A DNA stretch of 64,000 bases from Terriglobia bacterium. Its GTDB lineage: Bacteria; Acidobacteriota; Terriglobia; 20CM-2-55-15. Both the position numbers and the translations under genes were made by a program. Shown in pieces: positions 50,701 to 60,890 of the stretch (its first letter is position 1; each line of letters starts with the position of its first letter). Where the stretch lies: assembly GCA_965198225.1 (NCBI GenBank), contig CBDAOY010000004.1, positions 320,001 to 384,000 of the forward strand, given 5' to 3'. The notes below the pieces were generated by a model, which saw nothing but the letters and a program-made list of their open reading frames with translations, was not told the DNA's origin and searched no databases.

Positions 50701-52190
50701 GGGTTCTGTGATCGTCGACGTCGATCGACTCGACCTCGAGACGGGTGGTTTCATCACGGCCATCACGTTCGACGGCGCCGGTGGGGAAATCGCGATCGGC
50801 GCCACATCGTCGATGTCGCTGAGCGGACAAAGCATCGTGTCCAGCTCCACCCTGGGCGAAGGGCCGGGAGGTGAGGTGCAGCTCTCAGCCGGTCGCATCG
50901 CCGTTACCGATGGGTCGGTGGTCAGCTCGACGACGGGTCTTGCGGGAGACGGGGGAACTGTCCGGATCGGGCGCAGCGCGGATGTTCCGATCGACACGCA
51001 GGAACTCTTCGTCCAGGATGCGATCATTTCCGCACAGAGTGTCGCTCTCGGCGAGAGCGCCGGTGCGGCCGGTTCGGTCAGCGTGGATGTTGCCCGGCTC
51101 GTGCTGGACGGAGGTGGACAGATCGCAGCGAGCACCTTTGATGGGACGGGGGGAACGATCGGCATCCGCGCTTCCGAATCCTCGAAGTTCAGTGGGCTGG
51201 CCGACGGCGAGTTCCCGAGTGGCGTTTTCACGGACACCAGCGGAACCGGAACCGGCGGTACCGTGACGATCGACACGCCGCGTCTGGAAATGTCGGCGCG
51301 CGCGCACGTCGCCTCGATCGCCCGAGCCGGCAGCAGCGCGCGAGCGGGGGACATCAACCTTCGCGTCGAAGAGATGGACCTGAGCGGTGAAGCCCTGGTC
51401 TCTGCCGAGAGCATCGGTACGGGCTCGGCCGGTTTGATCGATATCCGCGGACGTGCCGAAGGCGGGCAACCTGCCCAGTCACTGGTCATCCGCAACGGAA
51501 GGATCACGACCGAATCCCTTCAAGCCGGAGGGGGAAGCATCAGGGTCGATGCCGACCGGGTCCTGCTCTCCGAAGACAGCCTGATCACGACCAACGTCCT
51601 GAGCGGCACCGAGAGTGGAAACGTCAGTCTCGATGCCCGCTTTGTCGAACTGGACAACAGCAACGTGACCGCAGACGGCGGTGAAGGGGGCCGGCGGCAA
51701 TATCGCGATCGTCGTCGCCGGGACGGAAGATACGGGGGAGTTCGCAGTTCCCGGCCGGTTTCCTGGTTCTGAAGGACACCACCCCGACAGCCGGCGGGAG
51801 TCGAGGGTGAGGTCGGGATCCAGGCGCAATGTTGATCTTTCCGCCCTGATTGCCGCCGTCTGCCCGGACCTCCGTGCTCATCGCAGGAGTCAGCGAAAGC
51901 ATCACACCTCTCCCTGGGAACTTCCCTCGACGCTGCCGCCCTCCTCCGGGCACGGTGCGCCGAAAGGGCAAAGCGGTGGGGCGGCGAGCAGTTTCATCGC
52001 GGCTGGCCGCGACGGGCTCCGCGCTTGTACCAGGCTGGTCTGTGACGCTGTGAAGCCTGCAGCTCGACCCGCCCGAGCCGGGCGGACTGCTTTCGAGTTC
52101 GGTGTTCGATCTGCCGGTCTGGCAGCGGTCCAACCCCATATGGTTCTGGTACACGCCCACGGATCCCTCGTGCGGCCGGATCGCAGGAGG
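47720..52190 (+). CDS. Filamentous-haemagglutinin-like TpsA with beta-helix repeats, several frameshifts after ~51690
   Basis: TPS domain NLFHSFSRF..NILARITG..IDG..NLFFFNPNGV and GxAGxIxI repeats. C-terminal LDAAALL..C..SSFIAAGRDGL is spread over several frames. End approximate. Confidence 0.8.
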
Positions 52191-52196
52191 GCGACG

Positions 52197-53882
52197 ATGA
52201 GAAACATCCTGTTGCTTCTCGTCGCATCATGTTTGGTCCTGGCCGCAACGTTTCCTCTCATCGGCGCACCCGCACAGCAGGTCCTGCCGCCCATCCCACC
52301 ATCAGCACGGGACCCGCTTGCGGGCGTTGAAATCCGCGAAATCCGCGTCGAGGGCAGCACCGTCTTCACTACCGATGAACTCGATACCATCACTGCTCGC
52401 TACGTCAACCGCAGACTGACCTCCGAAGATCTGAGCGTTCTTCGGCGGGAACTGACCGATCTGTATGTCAACAACGGCTACGTCAACTCGGGCGCCCTCA
52501 TTCCGGATCAGGTTCTCGGCGGCGGCGTGATAACGGTAGCAATCGTCGAGGGCCGATTGACGGATCTGGAAGTCGAGGAGCCGCGATGGTTTCGAGCGGA
52601 GCACATCCGCAAGCGCATCGAGCCCGGTGCGGACGGACCCCTGAACATCCGGAGCCTCCAGCAGCGGTTGCAGCTGCTGGAACAGGACCCGCGCATTCGC
52701 CGGTTTGCGGCGGAGTTGCGGCCCGGTTACCGGCCCGGGGAAGCGCGATTGAACCTCGCGATCGAAGAAGAAAGCCCCTATAGCGCTTCGGTAGGTTTCG
52801 ACAACTACCAGTCTCCAACGGTGGGCTCCTCTCGCGTGACTCTGGGCGCGGCCCACGTGAACCTGATGGGATTCGGTGATGTCCTGAGCGTGAGCTCAGG
52901 CTGGTCGAGTGGGGTGTCCCCGCAGATCACCGCGGCCTATGAGATACCCCTGACCGCTCAGGACACGTCGCTCAACTTCAGCTACACCAAGAACGATTTC
53001 ACTGTTGTCGAAGCGCCGTTCGAGAGCCTGGATGTGGTCAGCGAATCCTCGGGCTTCGGCCTGGAGCTGCGGCATCCTCTTTACAGAACGCTGAACACGG
53101 AGCTGGTCGTGGGAGTGGGTGCAGGACGGACGAGCAACCGGACCTTCCTGTTGGGAGAAAGATTTTCGTTTTCTCTGGGCGCTAAAGACGGGGAATCGAA
53201 CGTCACCGCGTTGAGAGTTTCGCAAGCGTGGACGCACCGGTCGCAGAATCAAGCGCTGGCGGTTCAGTCCCGTTTCAGTTTCGGGATGAACCTGTTCGGC
53301 GCGACCATTCATGGTGACGATTCGATCTACCGCCGGATCGACGTCCAGGACCCACCCGACGGGCGGTTCTTTGCCTGGTTGGGCAAGTTTCAATGGGCAC
53401 GGCGTGTAGGCCGCGCTCAGCTGATCTTCCGAACCGATGCGCAGCTGGCGGCCGATCCGCTCCTGGCCACCGAGCAGCTTCCGATCGGCGGGAGGAACAG
53501 CGTCCGGGGCTACCGGGAGAACCAGCTCGTCCGGGACAATGCCGTCATCAGCTCACTCGAATCCCGCCTGACACTGGTGTCGGACCGAACTTGGGCACGC
53601 AGCCTGGAGCTGACGCCGTTCTTCGATTTCGGGGAGGGGTGGCATACTACACCGGACGCCGCCGGCCGAGGCCGGATCCTGCTCCCAGTTCCCCCATCCA
53701 GGATCTACAGCGCCGGCGTAGGCGTCCGATGGGACGGGGTTTTCGGCGATTCCCTCCGGTGGAATCCCCAGTTTGAGATTTACTGGGGCGAAGGCCTCGT
53801 CGACCTCGATGCCGCGAATAGCCCCAGTGGTTCACTCCAGGATGCGGGCATCCATTTCAGTATCGGGTTGAGGGTATTCTAA
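52197..53882 (+). CDS. ShlB/FhaC/HecB-family TpsB outer-membrane transporter
   Basis: AGGAGG RBS, POTRA (LYVNNGYVNSGA), IGGRNSVRGY and terminal Phe. Confidence 0.9.
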   Translation: MRNILLLLVASCLVLAATFPLIGAPAQQVLPPIPPSARDPLAGVEIREIRVEGSTVFTTDELDTITARYVNRRLTSEDLSVLRRELTDLYVNNGYVNSGALIPDQVLGGGVITVAIVEGRLTDLEVEEPRWFRAEHIRKRIEPGADGPLNIRSLQQRLQLLEQDPRIRRFAAELRPGYRPGEARLNLAIEEESPYSASVGFDNYQSPTVGSSRVTLGAAHVNLMGFGDVLSVSSGWSSGVSPQITAAYEIPLTAQDTSLNFSYTKNDFTVVEAPFESLDVVSESSGFGLELRHPLYRTLNTELVVGVGAGRTSNRTFLLGERFSFSLGAKDGESNVTALRVSQAWTHRSQNQALAVQSRFSFGMNLFGATIHGDDSIYRRIDVQDPPDGRFFAWLGKFQWARRVGRAQLIFRTDAQLAADPLLATEQLPIGGRNSVRGYRENQLVRDNAVISSLESRLTLVSDRTWARSLELTPFFDFGEGWHTTPDAAGRGRILLPVPPSRIYSAGVGVRWDGVFGDSLRWNPQFEIYWGEGLVDLDAANSPSGSLQDAGIHFSIGLRVF

Positions 53883-53884
53883 GG

Positions 53885-54196
53885 ATGATCCGAATCGAGA
53901 GATGGGATACCGAACGCGACGGCCCGCTGTCTGAGCAGGCCATGCAGGAGAAGCTCGAAGCTCTCGGCTACGGTGTCGCCCGCTACGTCTACCCTCCGGG
54001 GACGTACTTCCCGGACCACACCCATGAGATCGACAAGTTGGACGCCGTCCTCTCCGGGCGCTTCCGCATGACCATACTCAACGAGAGCGCCATCCTCGAG
54101 GCCGGCGACTCTCTGAGGGTTCCGGCAGGAACCGTCCACAGCGCCGAAGTCATCGGCGACGAACCCGTCATCTCCCTGGACGCCACTCGCGACTAA
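53885..54196 (+). CDS. Cupin domain protein
   Basis: FPDHTH..D.VLSG..LEAGD...VPAGTVHSAEV. Confidence 0.85.
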   Translation: MIRIERWDTERDGPLSEQAMQEKLEALGYGVARYVYPPGTYFPDHTHEIDKLDAVLSGRFRMTILNESAILEAGDSLRVPAGTVHSAEVIGDEPVISLDATRD

Positions 54197-54304
54197 TTTT
54201 TCACCGCAAAGGGGCAAGAGGAATTGTTCGTTTGTCAGATCGTGTCGAAAACCGATCTCGTCATTTTCGTTACGCGGAAGGGACCGTGAGAGAGCCACTG
54301 TGAG

Positions 54305-54328
54305 GGGGACAGGGCTTGCCCTGTCCCC
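54305..54328. repeat. Perfect GC-rich palindrome (REP-like)
   Basis: GGGGACAGGGC-TT-GCCCTGTCCCC. Confidence 0.6.
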
Positions 54329-54355
54329 GGGTTTTGATCAAGCAAAAAAGTTCGC

Positions 54356-54425
54356 GCGGGTGTTCGTTTCACAGAAATGTTGGTGAACGAGCGGGTGTTC
54401 GTTTCACAGAAAAGTCGGCGAACGA
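54356..54425. repeat. 35-bp tandem duplication
   Basis: gcgggtgttcgtttcacagaaatgttggtgaacga / gcgggtgttcgtttcacagaaaagtcggcgaacga (3 mismatches). Confidence 0.75.
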
Positions 54426-54431
54426 GAATCC

Positions 54432-55679
54432 TCAGGTAAACATGTCGAAGGGTTCGAAGTCCCCGTTCAGTATCTCCCGCGTGTTCGTCTGTCCGAGCCA
54501 GCCTTCGATGACCGTCGCGTATACACGGCGGAAATCGGTGGTATAGACGAGGTTGTCGCCCTCGTCGAGTTCCGTCAGGCTGGGGATCTCGCCGTAGTGA
54601 CCGCCCTTCACGCTGTTTCCGATGACGAACATCAGGTTTGCGGCGCCATGGTCGGTTCCGAGACTGACGTTTTCGGGAACGCGACGTCCGAACTCGGAAA
54701 AGACCATCACGACGACATCGTCCGCCCGCCCGATCCGTTCCAGGTCGCGGATGAAACCCGACAGGGAATCAGCGCTGTAGGTCAATAGGCGCTGGTGTAG
54801 CTCGTTCTGGAAGACATGCGTGTCGAAGGCGTTGTTGCGGTACGTCGTGTAGTAGAGACGCGTCGGCATTTCCGCTTCGATCAAAGACACGACTTTCGGC
54901 AGGTCGAGCGACACCAACCCGTAGTCGATGGGGGAGGAATAGTTCGCCCACGCCTGTCTGACCAGAGACGACGCCTCGTTCGCGCTCCTGGCAATATCGA
55001 GCAGGAACCTTCGCGAAGGGTTCATATCACTCGTGCCGTCGGACACGTGCTGGAACAGCTCCCTTTCCTGGTAGAAGCCCTCGCGGGCGAACTTGTTCGG
55101 ATCGTTGAAGACGACGGGCGTGTGTTCCCGGCTCCGGACGGCTAGGGATTGCCTGGAGTCGATATTCACGAGGAAGTTCGGTGTCCCGCCCGGCTCCATC
55201 TCGTCAGCCAGGCGTCCGACCCACCCGTACTCCTCACCGCTGTTGGGGGCGGCGGTGTGCCAGTAGGCCATCGAGCTGAAGTGCGAGAAGGACGGATTCT
55301 CATAGCCGCATCCATGGACGACGGCCATTTTCCCGTCCTTGTACAGCCGTTCGAAACCGGCGGTGCCCCGGTTGAACCCGAAATGATCGTCGATCTTCCG
55401 GAGTGTGGCGGCCTTGAGGCCGATGCCGGGTCGATGCCGATAGTAGGCATCGTCTCCGTATGGCACCAGCGTATTCAGCCCGTCGTTCCCGCCCGAGAGC
55501 TCGAACACGACCAGAATCTTGTTGTCGTTCGCCGCCTGAGCGGCGACGGAAGAGGCGGCTCGCGCGAACAGCGGCGGCACGGGGAAAGCGCCAACGGCGC
55601 CGACACCGATGCCGAACAAGCCGGCTCGCAGCAAGTCGCGCCGGGTGATCCCTTGTTTCGAAATGTCTCGTTTACCCAT
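54432..55679 (-). CDS. DUF1501 family Tat-exported protein
   Basis: Tat motif TRRDLL, LSGGNDGLNTLVPY, SHF, FDTH, FSEFGRR and GTDHG. Confidence 0.9.
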   Translation of the reverse strand: MGKRDISKQGITRRDLLRAGLFGIGVGAVGAFPVPPLFARAASSVAAQAANDNKILVVFELSGGNDGLNTLVPYGDDAYYRHRPGIGLKAATLRKIDDHFGFNRGTAGFERLYKDGKMAVVHGCGYENPSFSHFSSMAYWHTAAPNSGEEYGWVGRLADEMEPGGTPNFLVNIDSRQSLAVRSREHTPVVFNDPNKFAREGFYQERELFQHVSDGTSDMNPSRRFLLDIARSANEASSLVRQAWANYSSPIDYGLVSLDLPKVVSLIEAEMPTRLYYTTYRNNAFDTHVFQNELHQRLLTYSADSLSGFIRDLERIGRADDVVVMVFSEFGRRVPENVSLGTDHGAANLMFVIGNSVKGGHYGEIPSLTELDEGDNLVYTTDFRRVYATVIEGWLGQTNTREILNGDFEPFDMFT

Positions 55680-55689
55680 GGTTGTTACC

Positions 55690-57504
55690 TCAGCTGAGCT
55701 GGTACTCCGGCTCGCTCATGATCAGGTGGAGCACCAGACGAAGCGGATCCTCGAGATAGCTCTCGGCTCCACTGATGTCGCCGGTTCCCAGTTCGTCCGT
55801 CAGAAAGTCGATCAGCATGCGGCGCTTGTCGGCTCCCGGTGCAACGCGCATGAAGCGGTGAATCAAGTAGTCGACGACCTGTTCGGTGTTTGTGAGGTTC
55901 TCGTCCACAATCATTCGCGTCAGGTTGACCTGCGCGGCGTGGCGCGGAATCGGCTTGACGCGTTGGATGGCCATCTGCCATCCGCGGAAGCTGCCGTAGC
56001 GCGTGTTGAAGTCCTCGTCGCGGTCGGCCATCATGTTCGACTCCGCCATCATCTCGCCCGTGTCGGGCATCGTAGACGTGGTGATGTCGTAGCCTCGCGC
56101 GATGTTGTCGGCCACGGCGCGAATCGTTGCGCTTCCGCTGTACCGGTCGGGCGGGAGGAAGTTGATATCGGGAAAAAGGACGTCGCGGATGAAGTTACCG
56201 CGCTCCAGAAGCAAGCCCGGCGTGATCCAGCTCCGACCGTGCGCCCATCCTGCGACCGTTGGCGGGCGGAACAAAAACTGGCCGAGAGCCGAAGTCGCCC
56301 GGTTGAAATCGGGCACTCCCGGCACTTCCTCGAGCCCCAGCTTGCGGAATGTCGATATTGCCAGCTGGACCGGACTCTTGAGGTAGGTGCCGACGGATGG
56401 CGGACTGTAGAAATCCTTCGACAGGAAGATCGTCTGCAGCAGCGGGGCGATCTCGTAGTTCGCGTCCCGCAGTATGGACCCGAGCCTCGGTTGCAGTTCG
56501 GGGGAAAGTTCCTGGCGGACGAAGTAGCGGTAGATCTTGCCGGCCAGATAATCCGCCGTGACCTGTTGTCGGAGGATGATGTCGATGACATCCACCCCAT
56601 CGAAGTTTCCCGTTTCTCCGAGGACTGTTTTCGTTCCGTCGTCATGTTCGTCCTCGTTGACGACGAACGTCAGGTCTTCGTAGTTCCAGCCGGTGAAGGC
56701 GCGTGCCGCTTCCCGGATGTCGGTCTCGGTATAGTTGCCGACACCCATCGTGAACAGTTCCATGATCTCGCGTGCGAAGTTCTCGTTCGGCGCGCCCTTC
56801 ACGTTGACGCCCGCATCGAGGAACGACAGCATCGCCGGGTCCCGGGCCACGGCCGCCATGAGGTTCCGGAAGTTTCCGGTACCGTGCTGGTAGAAGAGGC
56901 CCAGCTGGTTGAGCATCTTGCGGTAGTCCCGAACCTTGCCCTCGTTGACGGCGTAATGGCCGTGCCAGAACAGGGCCATCTTTTCCTCTAAAGGATGATT
57001 GGTGGCGACCATGCGGTTGGCCCACCAGTAACCCACGCGGTTGGTCTCCAGGACGCTGGCCCTCAGCCAGTAGAAGAACTTGTTCACAACCGGCTGGAGC
57101 CGCCGGTTTCCCGATGGCTTGACCTTGATGCCGAGCGCTTCACCCGTCTCTTTGGCCAGGTCGGTCGTGGCGGGTCGACTGGGAGGGAATGGCTCCAGGC
57201 CAGCATCGTGAACCCCCGAGTGGTCAAAAGGACGGAGATGGCTGTTGTCGATCGGGTGGAAATCGACGAAGTGGAGGACCGCCTCTTCGGGCGTCATGGC
57301 GGCCACCGCCTCGATCTCTTCCGGCGTGCCACCGAAACCGGCCCGTTCCAGCAGGTGCGCTGCGCGCTCGTAGTTCCAATCGTCCGGCCCGATGGGCGCG
57401 AGATCATCCTTCCATTCGGCCGGACCAGCTCCCTGGGCGAGCCCGGCCACCGGCACAGCGAGCAACAAAACCGTTGCGAGCGTCAGCTGCAATCGTGCAT
57501 CCAT
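55690..57504 (-). CDS. DUF1800 family protein
   Basis: AAHLLERAGFG, LEEKMALFWHGH, PNENFAREIMELFTMG and ARAFTGW. Confidence 0.9.
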   Translation of the reverse strand: MDARLQLTLATVLLLAVPVAGLAQGAGPAEWKDDLAPIGPDDWNYERAAHLLERAGFGGTPEEIEAVAAMTPEEAVLHFVDFHPIDNSHLRPFDHSGVHDAGLEPFPPSRPATTDLAKETGEALGIKVKPSGNRRLQPVVNKFFYWLRASVLETNRVGYWWANRMVATNHPLEEKMALFWHGHYAVNEGKVRDYRKMLNQLGLFYQHGTGNFRNLMAAVARDPAMLSFLDAGVNVKGAPNENFAREIMELFTMGVGNYTETDIREAARAFTGWNYEDLTFVVNEDEHDDGTKTVLGETGNFDGVDVIDIILRQQVTADYLAGKIYRYFVRQELSPELQPRLGSILRDANYEIAPLLQTIFLSKDFYSPPSVGTYLKSPVQLAISTFRKLGLEEVPGVPDFNRATSALGQFLFRPPTVAGWAHGRSWITPGLLLERGNFIRDVLFPDINFLPPDRYSGSATIRAVADNIARGYDITTSTMPDTGEMMAESNMMADRDEDFNTRYGSFRGWQMAIQRVKPIPRHAAQVNLTRMIVDENLTNTEQVVDYLIHRFMRVAPGADKRRMLIDFLTDELGTGDISGAESYLEDPLRLVLHLIMSEPEYQLS

Positions 57505-57612
57505 CCGAAAGCCTCCCTTGCAGGGCAAAAAGGGGAATTCAATTCGCCTCCTATTCTAGTTTTTGTCCGGCCTGGGGATCAAATGATTGCTGTAGCGGGG
57601 TCCATCGGTGCG

Positions 57613-57794
57613 TGTACGTGCGCTCTATGAGCGCACGTTGTTTCGGTCCGAAGAATGTGCGGTCATAGACCGCCCCTACACGTGGCTGCCCACTGTGCAT
57701 CTCGTGGTCAAAACTCCGCTCGGGTGTAGGTGCGCTCTATGAGCGCACAGATGTTCCGGCCCAGAAGAATGTGCGGTCATAGACCGCCCCTACA
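57613..57794. repeat. Two tandem GTAG-type REP doublets
   Basis: 57613-57680 and 57725-57794, with the same unit as the other copies. Confidence 0.85.
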
Positions 57795-57802
57795 CCTCGG
57801 TT

Positions 57803-60490
57803 TTATTCGTGTCTTAGCGAGTCCGACGGATCCACGCTCATCGCTCGTCTGGCCGGCAGGTAGCTGGCCGCGAACGACACGGCGATCAGGAGAGCCGCGA
57901 TCGCGGCGAAGCTGGGTGCATCGGTCGGGCTGACTTCGAACAGCAGTCCCTCCATCAGCCGGGTCAGCGCCAGAGCCCCGCCGAGCCCGATGCCGGTCCC
58001 GATGCCGGCGAGCAGCATCCCTTTTCCGACTATAAGGCGAAACACCGTGTTCCTTCCGGCGCCCAGAGCCACTCGGATTCCGATCTCGTGTGTCCGCTGC
58101 GCGACCGAGTAAGAGATCACCCCGTAGACACCGATCGCGGCCAGAGCCAGCGCGAGCGCGGCAAAAATTGCCAGCATCGACATCGAAAACTGTCTGTCCG
58201 CCATCGAGACGGCCACGAGTTCTTCCATCGATTGGACGCCCCAGATCGGTTGGTCGGGATCGCCTTCGGCCACTGCCGCCCTGAGAGACGGAACCAGGCT
58301 CGACGGTGGCAGGGTGCTCCGGATCGCGAGGCTCAGGTTGCGTCCCGTCCGCTGGGCCTGTGGCAGGTAGACCTGGAACCTGGTGTCGTCGTCGAGCCGC
58401 CCGTGTTTGATATTCCCCGCCACTCCGACAATCTCCCGCCAGATCGGCTCGTCCTGCTCGAAATAAGACAGCCGCCGGCCGATCGGATCCCGCCCCGGAA
58501 AAAGAGTGTCGGCGACGTGTTCGTTGACCACTGCCACGAGCCGGGCGTCCTCGGTGTCCTGTCGGCGGAAACCGCGCCCCCGCACCAGGGGAATCCCCAT
58601 TGTCTCGAAATAATCGGGAGTCACGATCCAACGGTCCCCGTGTAGCTCGGAAACATCGATGTCCGTCGAGCCGTCGTCGACCCGGAACGACGCCTGGGAA
58701 TGTCCGCCGGCGAGCGGCAGAAGGTTCGCTCCGGCGACGGATTCGACACCGGGTATCGCACCGATGCGGTCGCGCAGACCGTCGAAGAAAGCCAGGATCG
58801 GCCCTTCGTTGTCGTACTTGGCCGGTGGCAACGACACGTTCAGCTTGAGCAGGTTGTCGGGTCGAAACCCCGGGTCGACTCCCTGAAGCCGGACGAAGCT
58901 CTTGATCATCAGGGCAGAACCCACGAGCAGCACGAGGGCGAGAGCGACTTCCGAGACGACCAGCGCGCTGCGGAGACGGCTCTGCCTGCCGCTGCCCGCA
59001 CTCTTCGAGCATTCCTTCAGACTCTCGACCAGGCGGAGGCCGGACGACTGAAAGATCGGAGCCAGTCCGAAGATGACGCCGGTCACAACCGAGAGGCCGA
59101 GCGTCAACGCGAGGATCCGGGAGTCCATGGCCAGAGTCTGGAGACGTGGGATGTTGTCGACAGCGAAGGTCGGCAGCAGCTGAATGCCGAGGCGAGCCAA
59201 TCCGAAGCCGATCAGTCCGCCCGCCAGGCTGAGCATGATTGTTTCACTCAGGAACAGGCGCACGAGACGCGAGCGCGAGGCGCCGATCGCGGTCCGCAGC
59301 GCGATCTCCCGTTGCCGGTTGGCGGATCGGACGAGCAACAGGTTGGCGACGTTGGCGCACGCTATGAGCAGTACGAAGCCCACCGTGCCAAGCAGGATCA
59401 ACAACGCCGGCCGGACGTCACCGACCACCTGTTCCTCGAGCGGCGATATGTGCCATTTGCCGAAGCCGATGTCGGCGTAGACGGACTCCCGCAGACGTGC
59501 CGAGATGCCGTCCATCTCGGACTGCGCCTGAGCGATCGTGGCGCCCGCCCGAACGCGTCCGACAACGGCGAGGAACTCGGAGCCCCGACGATCCGGGCTC
59601 TTCATCTCCTGCGTGAACGCAATCGGCGAATACACGTCTCGATCTCCCGAGGGCAGCCAGAGGTCTTCGGGCAGGACGCCCACCACCTCGTAGCTGTTGC
59701 CGTTGATCGTCATGATCTTACCCACGATCAACGGGTCGGCTCCGAACCGTCGCTTCCAGAAACCGTCGCTCAACACCAGAACCTGATCGATACCCGGCTG
59801 ATCTTCTTCTTCCAGGAAGTCGCGGCCCATCGCCGGTTCGATTCCGAAAGTTCGGAAGAACGACCACGACACCAGCATTCCCGAAAGGCGCTCCGGCCGG
59901 TCGATACCGGTCAGGTTTGCGCTCCACCCGCTGTAGGCGGAGAGGCTTTCAATCAAGGAGGCTTGTTCCTGGTAGTCGATGAACCCCGGAACCGACACCG
60001 ATGCGGTAAGCGAGAGAGACGGATACTCGTGGTAGAGACGGACGAGCTGATCCGGTTCTTCGTAAGGCAGGGGGTCGAGGAGGACGCGATCGACGACGGA
60101 GAAGATGGCGGTGTTGGCGCCTATGCCGAGCGCCAGCGTCAGAACCGCCGTGACGGTAAAGCCCGGACTCTTGATCAACCCGCGAAACGCGTATCGAATA
60201 TCTTGAAAGGTCATCTCCAGAAGGCTCCCTTGCTGGTGTTGAGAGTGCGGACCCGGTCTGCTTTCGCTGCCGCGAATCGTCTCCAGGTGCTCTCGAACGA
60301 ACGTCCGGGCGAGATCGGACAGGGCGCGCGACCATGCTTCGTAGCGGCTAGAGTCGAAGCACATCTGCCGGAAGTCTTCGGCCATGTCCGCACTGAACCG
60401 CTTGCGGAATTCTCGGGGCAGTGCGTTCAACAAGAGGCGGTAGGCACCAGTCGAGAGGCGGAACCGCTGTCGGGAGCTCAGTCGCTTCAT
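57803..60490 (-). CDS. ADOP-family duplicated permease (MacB/FtsX-like)
   Basis: TLALGIGANTAIFS, LLIACANVANLLL, RTHEIGIRVALGA and PARRA..DP..LRHE. Confidence 0.92.
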   Translation of the reverse strand: MKRLSSRQRFRLSTGAYRLLLNALPREFRKRFSADMAEDFRQMCFDSSRYEAWSRALSDLARTFVREHLETIRGSESRPGPHSQHQQGSLLEMTFQDIRYAFRGLIKSPGFTVTAVLTLALGIGANTAIFSVVDRVLLDPLPYEEPDQLVRLYHEYPSLSLTASVSVPGFIDYQEQASLIESLSAYSGWSANLTGIDRPERLSGMLVSWSFFRTFGIEPAMGRDFLEEEDQPGIDQVLVLSDGFWKRRFGADPLIVGKIMTINGNSYEVVGVLPEDLWLPSGDRDVYSPIAFTQEMKSPDRRGSEFLAVVGRVRAGATIAQAQSEMDGISARLRESVYADIGFGKWHISPLEEQVVGDVRPALLILLGTVGFVLLIACANVANLLLVRSANRQREIALRTAIGASRSRLVRLFLSETIMLSLAGGLIGFGLARLGIQLLPTFAVDNIPRLQTLAMDSRILALTLGLSVVTGVIFGLAPIFQSSGLRLVESLKECSKSAGSGRQSRLRSALVVSEVALALVLLVGSALMIKSFVRLQGVDPGFRPDNLLKLNVSLPPAKYDNEGPILAFFDGLRDRIGAIPGVESVAGANLLPLAGGHSQASFRVDDGSTDIDVSELHGDRWIVTPDYFETMGIPLVRGRGFRRQDTEDARLVAVVNEHVADTLFPGRDPIGRRLSYFEQDEPIWREIVGVAGNIKHGRLDDDTRFQVYLPQAQRTGRNLSLAIRSTLPPSSLVPSLRAAVAEGDPDQPIWGVQSMEELVAVSMADRQFSMSMLAIFAALALALAAIGVYGVISYSVAQRTHEIGIRVALGAGRNTVFRLIVGKGMLLAGIGTGIGLGGALALTRLMEGLLFEVSPTDAPSFAAIAALLIAVSFAASYLPARRAMSVDPSDSLRHE

Positions 60491-60849
60491 TTTGACGACG
60501 CTCCTTTCGGCAGGAGGTTGCGATCGCGGACAAGACCGGCAAGTCGGGTGATCCGGGCGGATTCCTCATGGAGCGCTCTCCGCCCCTCTTCGGTCAGCGC
60601 GAAGGTGCGTCGAGGCCGCCCACGGCCGCCGGGTTTGCCTTCGACTTCCGCCACCAGACCGGCGTCTTGCATCCGCTGGAGCGAACCATAGATTGTTCCC
60701 GGCCCCATCCGGATCGCCTGAGGCCCGGAGCTTTCTTCGACCGCTTTCATGATCGCGTACCCGTGTTGCTTGCCTTCGGCCAGTGCCAGCAGGATGTGAA
60801 ACACCGCTGGAGTGAGTGGCGAGGTTCCCGCCTCGTCGCTGGACTTCAT
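60487..60849 (-). CDS. PadR-family transcriptional regulator
   Basis: FHILLALA..HGYAIMK..GPGTIYGSLQRM..RRTFALTEEG. Overlaps the permease start (ATGA). Confidence 0.9.
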   Translation of the reverse strand: MKSSDEAGTSPLTPAVFHILLALAEGKQHGYAIMKAVEESSGPQAIRMGPGTIYGSLQRMQDAGLVAEVEGKPGGRGRPRRTFALTEEGRRALHEESARITRLAGLVRDRNLLPKGASSK

Positions 60850-60890
60850 CGCGTTGAACCTGTCCGTGTCTCTTGAAGACCGTCGTCGCT

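Noticed and set aside
51681-52196. Extended N-terminus of TpsB as given in the ORF track
   Set aside because: It consists of frameshifted TpsA C-terminal pieces. The RBS and signal peptide support a start at 52197.
54356-54425. Possible CRISPR array
   Set aside because: Only two adjacent units, with no spacers and no cas genes.
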